The position numbers were made by a program, and so were the translations under genes. From the NCBI GenBank assembly GCA_964016885.1, contig OZ024748.1:5890001-5954000 (forward strand): a DNA stretch of 64,000 bases, read 5' to 3'. Shown one piece after another: positions 46,487-61,593 of the stretch. Source of the DNA: Eledone cirrhosa. Its lineage: Eukaryota. Numbering within the stretch: the stretch's first letter is position 1; the number at the start of each line of letters is the position of its first letter. Under the pieces are notes generated by a model. That model saw nothing but the letters and a program-made list of their open reading frames with translations, did not search any database and was not told where the DNA came from.

Positions 46487-46562
<76 letters not shown>

Positions 46563-46894
46563 TCCCAAATATAACGAATAATGATTTAAAGGAGGTCTGG
46601 TGTTGATATATGAGAGAGTTGATGTAATTTGTATGATTCACAGAAGATGGCTAGCATATGGGAACAGTATTGTTTCGTATTCTACTCATATTTTACTTAT
46701 ATACTGAAATGTTCACACATAACTAGACAGGCGTGAGTCCACACACGTGTATTTATGTATCTATGTATCTAGTTATGTATGCATGTATGTGTCTATATAT
46801 GTGTCTGTATGTATGCATATATTATGCATGTATGTATATAGAATATAACGTATATATACATACACGCAGTCGCATATATATATATACATACATA

Positions 46895-47096
46895 CGAGGT
46901 GCCTCAGAAAATTTCCAGGTCTGATGTCACAAAAGATTTATTTCAAACCCAAAGTTCACACTAAGAGTTTTCTCCTTCAAAGTAATCCCCCTGGAGTCTA
47001 ATGCACTTTTCCATCCTTTTCTGTCACGCTTGCATGCACTCCTGGAAGGATTCTTCCGGGATCCTCCGCACTTCCGTCTTCACCGCCTTTTTCAGG
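46895..47096 (-). mobile_element. Mariner transposon 3' end with a transposase C-terminal pseudogene fragment
   Basis: Minus strand translates as [43 protein letters not shown], matching the mariner W..R..KC....G.YFE terminus with W changed to a stop. It ends in a TA|CGAGG-type TIR at 46893-46899. Confidence 0.8.
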
Positions 47097-47217
47097 CGTC
47101 ATGGTCCTGACTCATTTCCTATTACCCACTCTACTACTCTAAGTATCGAGTACTCTGGCGTGTATGGTCCACCTGGTTCCTTACCACACTTTCTTCATTA
47201 TATATACATATATATAA

Positions 47218-47319
<102 letters not shown>

Positions 47320-48234
47320 TTATGTGTATATATATATAAATGTGTATATATATTCATTTATAATTACCAGTTTCCGTTATTTCACCAACTAATCTGAAAA
47401 CAAACGGGGAAAATATCAGATTAATGAGGTGTGGCTAGAAGTGTGTTTGTGTTGTATTGTATATATCTAAAACACGCAATCATATGGCTATATAATTTAC
47501 TACATATACTATCAAGTTATTTATTAAAATTAACCCTGTCATTAAGCCGGTGAATTGGTAGATCCGCTAGAAAGTCGGATAGAATGCTTTGTGTTATTCA
47601 TTCCGGCTCACTGAACTCTGAGTTTAAATCCAACCGAGGTCAACTTTGCCTTTCATCCTTTCGAAGTTGAGAGAAAAATTTACAGTTCAACATTGGAGTC
47701 AATCCATCCTCTATATCTTATTCTCTCTTCGGTTATATCACACTGTCTCCTTCTCTTGAAGAAATAGTGTTCAGACTGGGAGAGGAAATAAGCTCCGCCA
47801 TATTAAAACAAGCTATATGGTCACTAGGACTCCACCAGGTGTTACAGGTAAATAAAATAATGATACAGTCTCCTAGGATTGGTTCAGTGCAAGGTCTTTC
47901 TGCATAAAAAAAAAATAAATTGGAGGAGAGGCATCACTTGGTCTAAATGACTTTCCCTTGTGTTGCGTTAGCTTGGAAGTTTGTTGTTTCTTTCGCTGCA
48001 ACCTATGCAGAAAGGAATCTTGGATCTTAAGGTGATTAATGAGGTGTTAAATGGTTGCCAATTTACGACACCACGATATTGTGGGGGGCTAAATTTAAGT
48101 ATATTGAAGATTATATTTTCTTAAACCTACAACATTCACTACATGATCACTTGCCTACAGATTCTTTTGCGTATAAGGTTTGTTAGTGCATAGCTTCCTC
48201 TCTCTTGCTTTATCTCTCTCTCTCTTTTATATAT

Positions 48235-48306
<72 letters not shown>

Positions 48307-48446
48307 GAGTGAATGTATGTGTGTTTATGTATTTATATGCGTATGTATTCATAATACATCATGTACAAACGCTTATTTTCATTATTATATATATGCACAG
48401 AAACAAACACATACGCTCGCACCCCCTCCATATATATATACATATA

Positions 48447-48519
<73 letters not shown>

Positions 48520-48545
48520 ATATATATATATGTGTATATATATAC

Positions 48546-48584
<39 letters not shown>

Positions 48585-48625
48585 TATATACATATATATA
48601 AATATATACATACATATATATATAC

Positions 48626-48747
<122 letters not shown>

Positions 48748-49223
48748 GCACACGTATATATGTATGCATATATATATATATATACACATATATATGTACA
48801 CACCCCAGTTAAAACATGCGTGCCAGTTGGCTAAAGATTCCATGGTTCTATGTGTGTGGTTTTAAGGATGTAGATATAACTGGACATTTGAAAGTAAACA
48901 GTAGACAAATGACATGTAAACACGTGAAACTGCAATAAAAGACAGCGACCACCTTTCTTAGCTGCTTTTATTGGCATAGAAACACATTTTACTTATATAC
49001 AGTCTTTTACAAATTTTACCTATATTTATAAGTCTGAGTTTCTGTATATTTCTCTACCCGTTTTCCTGACCCCCCCCCCTCTCTCTCTCTCTCTCACTCT
49101 CTCATCTTTCTCTTCTATTCTATATCTATTATTTTGTCTCATATTTCCTTAAATAGTCACCTCTTTGTATTCTCATTTCTTATGTTTTTCTCCCGACATC
49201 TCCCCTTATCTGTATCTCCCTCT

Positions 49224-49295
<72 letters not shown>

Positions 49296-49368
49296 TTATA
49301 TATATATATGTATATATATACTTATATATGTGTATGTATATATATATATATGGATATATATATATGTA

Positions 49369-49403
<35 letters not shown>

Positions 49404-49686
49404 GTATGTATATATATATATATGTATATATATATATTTATATATATATATAAAATGAACATATGTGTGTGTGAGTGCGCGGGTTTGTATGTGTGTATAT
49501 GTTTGAGTGTACAAGTCTATGTGTGTATTTAATATCAGTGCTTTTAAAGTATATGAAAGCACCACATCGTATATGTTGAATATAGTCGTAAAGACGAGAC
49601 AAGGCTGTGGTTACGATATTGTTAAGACAGTGTAAGAAGACATCAGAGACGCTTTCATAGTCTTAAACTTACGCATTATTTTCTGT

Positions 49687-50360
49687 TTGGCAATATCAGG
49701 AGAGGGTCAGACGCCATGCTTTTCAGCATAGAGTTACGCCCCTTTATAGTGTGAGTTCAAATCCCGCCGAGGTTAACTTTGCCTTTCATCCTTACTGGGT
49801 CGATAAAATAAAGTAGCAGTAATCTATCTATCTAGGGCAGGTAAAATTCCCGAGATCCATGGACGAGTTCTCTCCAACCGTCTCTGTCCCTCATTATCGC
49901 TGCCATGTCCTGCGTCTCAAACAGACCAGTGTCTATCCTTACCGCATCATCATACGTAAACCTTGTTCTTCCTCTTCCAGTGTGTCCATGCAGGGTCTCC
50001 CACAGGAGCACTGAGTGTAGTGTCAACTCCGGATGTCGGTGAGCATGTCCAGCGAACCTCAGTCTCCTCTGTGTAACTTTTGAGCTGACATTTGGGAGGC
50101 TCTCGTACAGCAGTAATGCACTAGAATAATTGCTGGCCTTGTGCCAAAAATAGAAACAATTATTTTCTTTAACTCAACCACATTGGCAGCATCGGTAGAG
50201 GGTTGGACGCCATTCTTTCTAGCATAGTTACCTTCCATTACGGTCTCAGTCAAATCCCGTCAAGATTAACTTTGCCTTTCATCCTTACGGGGTCGATAAA
50301 GTAAAAGACCAGTAATGTACTGGGTAATTGCTGGCCTTGTGCTAAAATTAGAAACAATTA
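49687..50360 (+). mobile_element. Two major-family SINEs (49687-50163, interrupted by a LINE; 50183-50360)
   Basis: The consensus core and tail are present twice. Confidence 0.85.
49824..50108 (-). mobile_element. 5'-truncated RTE/RTEX-like LINE inserted into a SINE
   Basis: Translates as RFAGHAHRHPELTLHSVLLWE...GRGRTRFTYDDAVRIDTG...MRDRDGWRELV. It has an (ATAG)3 tail and a TSD agcagtaat at 49815-49823 and 50109-50117. Confidence 0.8.
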
Positions 50361-50673
50361 TATTAGTTGATATATTTCTCTATATGTCTAAGTAACAACA
50401 CTGATTCGTGCATCAACATAAAACGTATTGACTCCTTTGCATGTGTTCGTGTGTGTGTGTGTGTGTTTATGTGTAGCTCTGTGTGTGTGTATATGTGCGT
50501 GTATGTGTGAGTGTGTGTCTGTGTTTTAATGAATGTTTCATAAATTATCTGTTTATGTTAAAAATGTAAATTTTAATACATCATTATTCATATATACTCA
50601 TTCATACTTAATCAATACACATATATATGCACATACATACACATGGATATATGACTATATGTAAATAGGAGTG

Positions 50674-50706
<33 letters not shown>

Positions 50707-50872
50707 TTTCACGAGGTTGTTTACATTTTCATACGTGAGTGTAGTCATATATTTTCCTTGTTTTGTCACCCACAAATAAGTCTCCCTATTGAAGATATTT
50801 AAGGCAATTAACTCACTCGGAAACAGGTAAAAATGAGATTACCATACCTTTGAAGTATCCATTAAACATGTA

Positions 50873-50939
<67 letters not shown>

Positions 50940-51539
50940 TATACTAGACATATCGTTAAGACAATCGTCTCATTTCTTTGACGTTTGCCTTGTATATTCT
51001 CTTTTCTTTCATATATTAATTGTATATGGTCTTGAATTTGATTTATATACCTATAATACAGGTGTGAAAACGAAATGAAAATGACTGAAATCTAATATTA
51101 AATATATTTGAAACCTAATGGCAAGAAGGATCTTATATACGTTTTTCTGTTTATGTGTTCTTTAATTAAATGCATTTATTAAGTCTCACTTTTTATTGTT
51201 GTAAAATCCGACTCTAGCTCCTGTGACTTGTTGAATCGACAATAATGTCACTCTTAAGAAATACTCTACTTTGTGACATGACACGAAAGTTGTCGTCGCC
51301 GTGTCAATACTGGATAGCCCACTAGGTAGTTGTTAGTTCAGCTAGAAATAGCTCCTCATCTGTCTGCTTTATCTATTAAATATAAAGCACAAAATATCGT
51401 AAATATATATATATATATATATATGTGTACATAGATCAATAACTGAGTATATATACAATGTATTATCACCATCTAGAAACGATCGTAAAGCAGTGAATTA
51501 TATCTCTAATGACTTGATTTTTTTATTTCATTGTTGTAA

Positions 51540-51595
<56 letters not shown>

Positions 51596-51812
51596 TCTTA
51601 ATTTTTTTTAAAGGATTTACCTGATCTAACGAATAACATCACACAACATACACAAACACATAGACAGGCCAACACACACATATATATATATACATATATA
51701 CACACATATATACATATATATATATGTATATATATACTTATATATACATATACATATGTATAAATATATACATATATATATATATTAATATATATTATAT
51801 ATATATATATAC

Positions 51813-51887
<75 letters not shown>

Positions 51888-52742
51888 TGTATGGCGTCAT
51901 TTGTAATTGATTAAAATATGCAATAGAGCCTAAGGAATGGCCCCTCTGTCGAAGGAGCTCGAGTACTCTAAGAAAAGTCCCGTCCATAACGCTCTATTCC
52001 GTCTAAATTATACACCTCATCTGTTTATAGATTTGTCTGCACAGTCATGTCGATGTAAGCGATCAGCCAATATTACTAATATCAGTGACTGGCTCTAGAT
52101 GTTTCATTGACTTGCAGAACTAAAATTGTACTATGCTTATTGAATGAAGAACAACTGTCCTAAAGTTAATATGGTTTAATCACTTATTGATTAGGGTGCT
52201 ATGATTGGCTAATCATTGATTAGATAAAGTTAAATAATTGGCAATGTTTTATCATTTATAAATTCGATAAATAAATGGCGTTTTATTTGGACGAGTAGAA
52301 AAAGTGATTAAGTGTTTAAATATCTGAAACGAGATGATTCTTCGCACTATTAAGCTCATGTTTACAAGGTGGCTGTGTTATTAAGATGGTTGCTTTGCAA
52401 TGGCATAGATTCAGTTTCAATCTCATTTCACAGCACCTCTTGGAAGAATCTTCTACCATAGACTTGAATCTGTATCGCCTAAATCCTTGTCAGTGAAATT
52501 TCATCAAAGAAAAATTGTTACCGCTTTGGCGATATTATTTCTATTTTTAGGTATCGTACCAAATTCTGCCTACCATACTTTCAGGTGAATCTGAAGTAGC
52601 CCACAGTTTTACAAGCATTTGACATACCCTGAATTACTTCCCCCTTTTCTTCGCCCAGTCATGGAGGTGTTGCTAAATACATATGCATATATATAAATAT
52701 GTACGCATATATATAATATAAAAAGTTAAAAAGGCTAGTAAG

Positions 52743-52812
<70 letters not shown>

Positions 52813-52836
52813 TATCAACTTTTTAAATGCCAGTAA

Positions 52837-52902
<66 letters not shown>

Positions 52903-53956
52903 TCTTACTGGCATTTAAACAGTTATTTTTATTCTCCTTTATAAATGTCTTTATTAATATGAGATTGTTATGTTCTGGGTACAGACTATATACTATGAAA
53001 GCAATGTGTGGAACATGGCAGTCAGTAAGGCAAGAACTCTCCTGGGGTATTCAACATATTTTCTGTTTATACACGACTTTATATTTTAAACGGAAGTGAT
53101 GTAGAATGAGATGTTGTGAATCTCATGCATTTTCCAACAGCATTAAGTGTATTGTATGACAATGTATATAGCTAACTACTAATCTGTTTTCCAATTGATG
53201 TCTTAGATGAATAGCTAATATACCTTGAATGAAGTGCAGTTTACTTATAATAATTTACAAACAAATTAAGACAAATAACACACACACGTACACAAATAAA
53301 TAAATGTTTACTTTAAGAAATTTTTCACTAACCACTTAAGTGAGAAAAAAAATGTCATGTGGTTAACGCTTGTAAAGAACAAAGTGGTGGTCAACCTCTA
53401 ACAAAGCCGCCTTGCAGACCAAACAAACAAAATAATTCAAAACACATTTACTATTCTTGAAGCTATAAGATGAAAATGAAAATAAAATAAAAAAGTTATT
53501 AGAGAAAACATAAACAAAGAAAAATTTGGTTCGGTTGTATACACAGAAAGACGACAACTTTAAACGTAAAACTAAACCAATAAATGTTTGTTATTAGTGT
53601 AAATTTAAATGTTTACCTATATTAGAGTAAAGTATAGTTCATATGGTAAAATTCGGTGCAGGGCATTTATGGGCTTTATAACGCTATAATAATGAATGTA
53701 GATGGAAAAACCTAAGGACTGCCTGCATTAGTGGCTCCAGTATATATCTACTTCGCATTACGGAAAATACCATAAGCTCCCAAATACTGAAATCCTTCCC
53801 TCAACAAAATATTCCTTCCTTGCTCTCATTTCAGAGAATGGAAAATAAATTCTCGCATACAATTAAACCCGTTCCATGCACACTCAGTATCCCATCAGTC
53901 TGACTCACTAGAAGTGACGTTCCATTACATATTTCGTCAACAATTTATCTTGAAAG

Positions 53957-54095
53957 CGCATGGCTTAGTGGTTAGAGCATTGGGCTTGCAATCGAAAGGT
54001 TGTGAGTTCAATTTTAGGACCCGGTGATGTGTTGTTTCCTTGAGTAAGACACTTAATTTCACGTTCCTCCAGTTTACTCAGCTGTAGAAATGAGA
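53957..54095 (+). mobile_element. Second tRNA-derived SINE family
   Basis: TGGCTTAGTGGTTAGAGC A box, GAGTTCAATT B box, then gttgtttccttgagtaagacactt...ccagtttactcagctg. A related copy lies at about 13703-13835. Confidence 0.7.
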
Positions 54096-55839
54096 TGATA
54101 GGGCTGGGGTCGCTATCATTAAATCACCTAGGACACCTCCAGCGAGATATACCTTGGAGGAGGCCAGCTAAACCTGTATAGGTGTGAGCTGTCATACACA
54201 CACGCATAACAATTTATCAGAAGTTCTAAAATATAGAATCACTTAAACATCCTTTTTCTTCAAAGTGAAACATTTGCCAGTAAAGAATGACGACGTTGAC
54301 ACTTCTGTATTAACACACTCCTTCCTCGCAGAGACTTAGCTGTTCTGGTGAAACTTATTTTTATTCATGGTGTCAGATTAACACCAATTACGACATGATA
54401 CGTACGAGAAACCAATGTTAACTTAACCGAACGTTGTATAATATCGTTATAAATAATTATATAACTCTTCAATGAATATACTCTCTAACCACTTGGTGTA
54501 TATAACGTTACAAAGATTTCCAGAAAAAGTCATACACACACAGGACACACACATACACATAAACATTAACATAATCTCACAGACATACACACACAACTAC
54601 ACATACCAAACAACTTCATTGTGTATGTGATTAGGATAACATTCTTTCGCTATCACCTTTACACATTCATTTATACACACACACACACACACACTTCTCC
54701 CCCTCTCACTCTCTCTCTCTCTCTCTCCCTCTCTCTCTCTCTCTCTTCGCTTTCGTGTATTTCTCTCTCTCTCACATACTCCCTTATCCTAACTCTCTAT
54801 CATTCGAATTTCAACATACCTACTCTCTCACTCTCAAGGTTTCTCTCCTTCATTTTCTTTTTGATATCATTTAATCACTCAACTTCCCTAAAAGTCTTGG
54901 CTACTCTCCCTTTCTACTCCTCCTGCTCTCTCGCTCTCCATCTCCTCTCTCTATCACTTTATATGATTCAATATCTCTCCCTCACATCTCCTCATTGTCA
55001 ACCTCTTCTTTCTTTTTTAATTCCTCTTCTCTTCAGCATCAACAACACGATCAAACCTTGCCTAGAGTCTAATTTTTTTAGAGACTTAAAAGAACAAAGC
55101 ACACACACACACATATACATTCATGTATGCATGCACGCATACATATATACATATGCATGTACATACTTAGTTATACTATATCCTTAGCAAAAATAAACAT
55201 GCATATGCGCGCATTCATTCACACGTACACAATTTAACCCTTTACTATAAATAAGCATACACACATACATATCCTAATATCTCTCATAAAACATTTGGTC
55301 CTATACAGTTAATATGCATACACAGGCATACACAAAAGCTGACACACACGCATACAAACATACAGAAGTACATACATACAGAAACACACTTACACACGAA
55401 CATGAATACTATAAACTCACAACATAAGCATCATACTTATACACACTCACAACATGATCTTTTCGTATAAATTCTCACACTTACTCACACACAAATATTC
55501 GCACTCATACATACACAAACTTTACCCCTTAAGCATAAATACCCATACATATATACAAACAGTGGCAATCACACATACACACAGGCACATACAAACACAC
55601 ACTATAGCATCCCATTTAGCATAAATACCCATTGGTTCGCTACAGTGTTTAACGAAGCGGACGGCGTTAATTCAATTCTACGAAAGGATCATTAATTTTA
55701 ACTTTGCTTATAGCTTTTGTCACAAATATCTAGCGTTATTAATATGGCTTATCACAGGAGTAACGCTTTTCTCACCCGTTCTATCTCCATCTTGGTTTTA
55801 CTTTTCCTTTTTTGTTGGTGTTACTGTTGATAGCCTTGC

Positions 55840-56168
55840 TGCTGTTGTTGTTATTGTTGCTGTTGTTGTTGTTGTTGTTGTATTCTTTCTTCTTCATCAC
55901 CACCAACAAAATCATCATCATCATAATCATCAACACCATCATCATTATCATCATCATTATCATCATCACCTTCGTTGTTGTCGTCCTCGTCAACGTCTTC
56001 TTCTTCTTCTTCTTCTTCTTCTTCTTCTTCTTCTTCTTCTTCTTCTTCTTCTTCTTCTTCTTCTTCTTCTTCTTGTAAATACTGAGGTATGTTGTTATTG
56101 ATGATGTTTCCAGTAACATTCCAATGTGTTGTTGTGGTTATTATTGTTATTATCATTAGTATTGTTAT

Positions 56169-56230
<62 letters not shown>

Positions 56231-56440
56231 TCACTGTTACTGTTGTTGTTGTTGATACTATTGTAGCTGAAGTTGAGGGTGGTTTTTAGAGGTTGCATTA
56301 TTTATTAGTGATATGCTTGTTGGTGTTGATGATGACAATGGGGCTGGTGGTGGGGATGATGATGATGATGATGATGATGATGGTGATGACGATGATGATT
56401 ATGGCGACGACGATGATGAAGATGATGATGGTGATGATAA
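55840..56440. repeat. Cluster of trinucleotide microsatellites (GTT, ATC, CTT, AGT, GAT)
   Basis: Adjacent pure runs, e.g. (ctt)n at 55997-56074 and (agt)n at 56170-56228. Confidence 0.9.
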
Positions 56441-56559
56441 AGAGAAGGATGAGAGGGAGAAGATGGAATAGATGCAGGGGGAGGATATTCTCCCCTTTGT
56501 TGTTCCTACAGTCTTTGCCAATGTTGGTTTTTGGTGTTTTTATTTTGATAGAGATAGTA

Positions 56560-59050
56560 GTAGTGGTGTTGTTAGTGCTGGTGATGGTGGTGATAGTAGA
56601 GGCTCTGTGAGGCTGGTGTTGTTAGTAGTACTGGTGTTGTTAGTGCTGGTGATGGTGGTGATAGTAGAGGCTCTGTGAGGCTGGTGTTGTTAGTAGTACT
56701 GGTGTTGTTAGTGCTGGTGATGGTGGTGATAGTAGAGGCTCTGTGAGGCTGGTGTTGTTAGTAGTACTGGTGTTGTTAGTGCTGGTGATGGTGGTGATAG
56801 TAGAGGCACTGTGAGGCTGGTGTTGTTAGTAGTACTGGTGTTGTTAGTGCTGGTGATGGTGGTGATAGTAGAGGCACTGTGAGGCTGGTGTTGTTAGTAG
56901 TACTGGTGTTGTTAGTGCTGGTGATGGTGGTGATAGTAGAGGCTCTGTGAGGCTGGTGTTGTTAGTAGTACTGGTGTTGTTAGTGCTGGTGATGGTGGTG
57001 ATAGTAGAGGCACTGTGAGGCTGGTGTTGTTAGTAGTACTGGTGTTGTTAGTGCTGGTGATGGTGGTGATAGTAGAGGCACTGTGAGGCTGGTGTTGTTA
57101 GTAGTAGTGGTGTTGTTAGTGCTGGTGATGGTGGTGATAGTAGAGGCTCTGTGAGGCTGGTGTTGTTAGTAGTACTGGTGTTGTTAGTGCTGGTGATGGT
57201 GGTGATAGTAGAGGCACTGTGAGGCTGGTGTTGTTAGTAGTACTGGTGTTGTTAGTGCTGGTGATGGTGGTGATAGTAGAGGCACTGTGAGGCTGGTGTT
57301 GTTAGTAGTACTGGTGTTGTTAGTGCTGGTGATGGTGGTGATAGTAGAGGCTCTGTGAGGCTGGTGTTGTTAGTGCTGGTGATGGTGGTGATAGTAGAGG
57401 CACTGTGAGGCTGGTGTTGTTAGTAGTACTGGTGTTGTTAGTGCTGGTGATGGTGGTGATAGTAGAGGCTCTGTGAGGCTGGTGTTGTTAGTAGTAGTGG
57501 TGTTGTTAGTGCTGGTGATGGTGGTGATAGTAGAGGCACTGTGAGGCTGGTGTTGTTAGTAGTACTGGTGTTGTTAGTGCTGGTGATGGTGGTGATAGTA
57601 GAGGCTCTGTGAGGCTGGTGTTGTTAGTGCTGGTGATGGTGGTGATAGTAGAGGCACTGTGAGGCTGGTGTTGTTAGTAGTACTGGTGTTGTTAGTGCTG
57701 GTGATGGTGGTGATAGTAGAGGCTCTGTGAGGCTGGTGTTGTTAGTAGTAGTGGTGTTGTTAGTGCTGGTGATGGTGGTGATAGTAGAGGCACTGTGAGG
57801 CTGGTGTTGTTAGTAGTACTGGTGTTGTTAGTGCTGGTGATGGTGGTGATAGTAGAGGCTCTGTGAGGCTGGTGTTGTTAGTGCTGGTGATGGTGGTGAT
57901 AGTAGAGGCACTGTGAGGCTGGTGTTGTTAGTAGTACTGGTGTTGTTAGTGCTGGTGATGGTGGTGATAGTAGAGGCTCTGTGAGGCTGGTGTTGTTAGT
58001 GCTGGTGATGGTGGTGATAGTAGAGGCACTGTGAGGCTGGTGTTGTTAGTAGTACTGGTGTTGTTAGTGCTGGTGATGGTGGTGATAGTAGAGGCTCTGT
58101 GAGGCTGGTGTTGTTAGTAGTAGTGGTGTTGTTAGTGCTGGTGATGGTGGTGATAGTAGAGGCACTGTGAGGCTGGTGTTGTTAGTAGTAGTGGTGTTGT
58201 TAGTGCTGGTGATGGTGGTGATAGTAGAGGCTCTGTGAGGCTGGTGTTGTTAGTAGTAGTGGTGTTGTTAGTGCTGGTGATGGTGGTGATAGTAGAGGCA
58301 CTGTGAGGCTGGTGTTGTTAGTAGTAGTGGTGTTGTTAGTGCTGGTGATGGTGGTGATAGTAGAGGCTCTGTGAGGCTGGTGTTGTTAGTAGTAGTGGTG
58401 TTGTTAGTGCTGGTGATGGTGGTGATAGTAGAGGCACTGTGAGGCTGGTGTTGTTAGTAGTAGTGGTGTTGTTAGTGCTGGTGATGGTGGTGATAGTAGA
58501 GGCACTGTGAGGCTGGTGTTGTTAGTAGTACTGGTGTTGTTAGTGCTGGTGATGGTGGTGATAGTAGAGGCTCTGTGAGGCTGGTGTTGTTAGTGCTGGT
58601 GATGGTGGTGATAGTAGAGGCTCTGTGAGGCTGGTGTTGTTAGTAGTAGTGGTGTTGTTAGTGCTGGTGATGGTGGTGATAGTAGTGGCTCTGTGAGGCT
58701 GGTGTTGTTAGCAGTACTGGTGTTGTTAGTGCTGGTGATGGTGGTGATAGTAGAGGCTCTGTGAGGCTGGTGTTGGTAGTAGTAGTGGGGATGTTAGTGC
58801 TGGTGATGGTGGTGATAGTAGAGGCACTGTGAGGCTGGTGTTGTTAGTAGTAGTGGTGTTGTTAGTGCTGGTGATGGTGGTGATAGTAGAGGCACTGTGA
58901 GGCTGGTGTTGTTAATAGTAGTGGTGTTGTTAGTGCTGGTGATGGTGGTGATAGTAGAGGCTCTGTGAGGCTGGTGTTGGTAGTAGTAGTGGGGATGTTA
59001 GTGCTAATGATGGTGGTGATAGTAGAGGCACTGAGGCACTGGTGTTGTTA
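56560..59050. repeat. GT-rich minisatellite, 68-bp unit with 50-bp deletion variants
   Basis: ggctctgtga recurs at 56601, 56669 and 56737 (period 68); 57349 to 57399 is a 50-bp variant. About 38 units. Confidence 0.95.
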
Positions 59051-59419
59051 GCAGTAGTGGTGATGGTGAATGTGATGGGATCGTGGTGATGGTGGTGCCA
59101 GGGGCTGGTAGTAGTGAAGGCGGTATTGTTCCTGTTAGTGTTGTAGGAGGTGATGATGTTTAGAATGGTATGGTGGTGATAGTAATGGCTTTGGTAGTAT
59201 TGGTATGGTTAGTAGTGCTGCTGATGCTGGTGATGATGATGCCGGTGATGATGGTGATGGCGGTGATGATGGTAATGCTGATGATGATGATAGTGATGTT
59301 CAGTTCAGTTTCTCTTGTAATTCTGATTGTTATTCTTGTTTTGATATTAAGATATGAAAAAAAAAAAACAAGGAACATAATGCAAAAAAAGGTTTCATGG
59401 TTTACTTTCATGTAACTGC

Positions 59420-59479
<60 letters not shown>

Positions 59480-59609
59480 CGTGTGTTCGTGTGTTCGTGT
59501 GTGCGCGCGGGCGGGTGTCTATGTGTGTGTGTATGTATGTATGTATATATGTATGTATCTCTCACTCACTCTGTCTCTCTGGATATATATATATGTATAT
59601 ATATATATA

Positions 59610-59642
<33 letters not shown>

Positions 59643-60190
59643 GAATATGTGTTGCTAGATATATTTGAAAGTAAAAGTAAGAAAGTGAATGAAATGCATA
59701 TACTTATATGAGTTAAAAATTAATTCAAAAAACTAAATAACCTATTACTCCTACTAACAATAATAACAAGATAAATATTACAATGGAAGAGAAGACAAGA
59801 AAGACACAAAAGTAACAAAAGTAGTAACGAAAGAAGATGTGAAGATAAAAAAATTATAGAAAACAAACAAAAGAAACAACATCAACAAGTACATAAAGCT
59901 TAAGAAAATGGTGAAAAAAATGGCCTAAAATTTACTTTCCAGAACATAAATTCATAAAAGGAAACATATATATAGGTATATGTATATATATAAGTATGTA
60001 TGTATATATATATATATACATTTATATATATATATATGTATATATATAATATATATATGTATATATATAATATATATATATATATATTTATATTTTTTAT
60101 ATATATATATATATATGTATATATATAAATGTATGTGTATAAAAATATTTGTATATATATAAATGTATATATAAGTGTATATATATGAAT

Positions 60191-60221
<31 letters not shown>

Positions 60222-60457
60222 AATATATATATATATATGAATATATAAATATATGTATTATATAAACATATATAGAATAAAATCAACAACCCAGATTTTA
60301 AACATTTTCAACCAAATCGAGCAATGTACAGCTGATTAGATTTGCTAAGCGAATCCTTCGAGGACAGAACACTGAAGATAGAGTGTTGAGGGAGCAAAAG
60401 GTTGCTTCATGGCTCACTTAAGACAAATGTTCAATGTATCTACTACCTACCTACGCT

Positions 60458-60498
<41 letters not shown>

Positions 60499-60617
60499 AC
60501 GTACACATGCATGCACTATTTCTTGCACACACATATACACCAATGCCCATATATATATATATATATATATATTATCTGAACTTTCTTGCTTATATATCTA
60601 CAAAATCTACAAATATA

Positions 60618-60698
<81 letters not shown>

Positions 60699-61131
60699 GA
60701 TTACACACATATATGTATGCATACAAAGATAGATGTTCAAAAATATATATTCATTATATATATATATATATGTATGTATATATATGTATATATACAGAGA
60801 GGGAATGAGATAGATGAATATGTGTATGTATATTTGTGTGTGAACGTGTGTATTTTAAATATCCTTAAAAAATGTTGACAATAATTTTCATTCGCGTTCT
60901 ATTGTATTCATTTAAAAGTTTAATGTCTATTCTTTATTTTAAAACATTTATATGGTCATGTGATCGCACTTTTCATGTTGATGTTGTCAAATTTGTTGTT
61001 GTTGTGAATGTTTTAGTTGTATAAGTTGTTGTTGTTATTTTTTTCTTTTGTTTTCTTTTAGATTTAATATTTTGGAAAAATTTAAAAGCAAAATTTCTAA
61101 AAAAATATAATAATGAGATATACTATATACG

Positions 61132-61220
<89 letters not shown>

Positions 61221-61270
61221 ACACTCTGTGTGAGTGCGTGTATGTGCGGCAAATGACTTGGGTACAATAC

Positions 61271-61345
<75 letters not shown>

Positions 61346-61352
61346 TATATAT

Positions 61353-61392
<40 letters not shown>

Positions 61393-61539
61393 TAATATAC
61401 ACTTATATACGTAAGTATTTATAAGTAATAAATATTTAAATGTTATTCTTTTATAATTTTACTGGTTCCAGTCATTGAACTGTGGTCATGCTGGGGCTTT
61501 TTTGTATGTGTGCTTATGTATGTATCTTTCTCATCCTCT

Positions 61540-61593
<54 letters not shown>

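Larger units (their letters stand above)
46019..46493. repeat. Large near-perfect fold-back element, family E
   Basis: Centred at about 46296 (cagagcaga-atgaca-tctgctctg). Arms at 46136-46293 and 46300-46457 are nearly identical, and the outer arms continue to 46019 and 46493. (TA)n follows. Confidence 0.92.

Noticed and set aside
53957-54030. tRNA-like A and B boxes
   Set aside because: No complete cloverleaf, and it continues into a SINE body, so it is a SINE head rather than a tRNA gene.
55851-56234. Acidic poly-E/D/Q ORF
   Set aside because: Concatenated trinucleotide microsatellites with no start or splice context supporting an exon.
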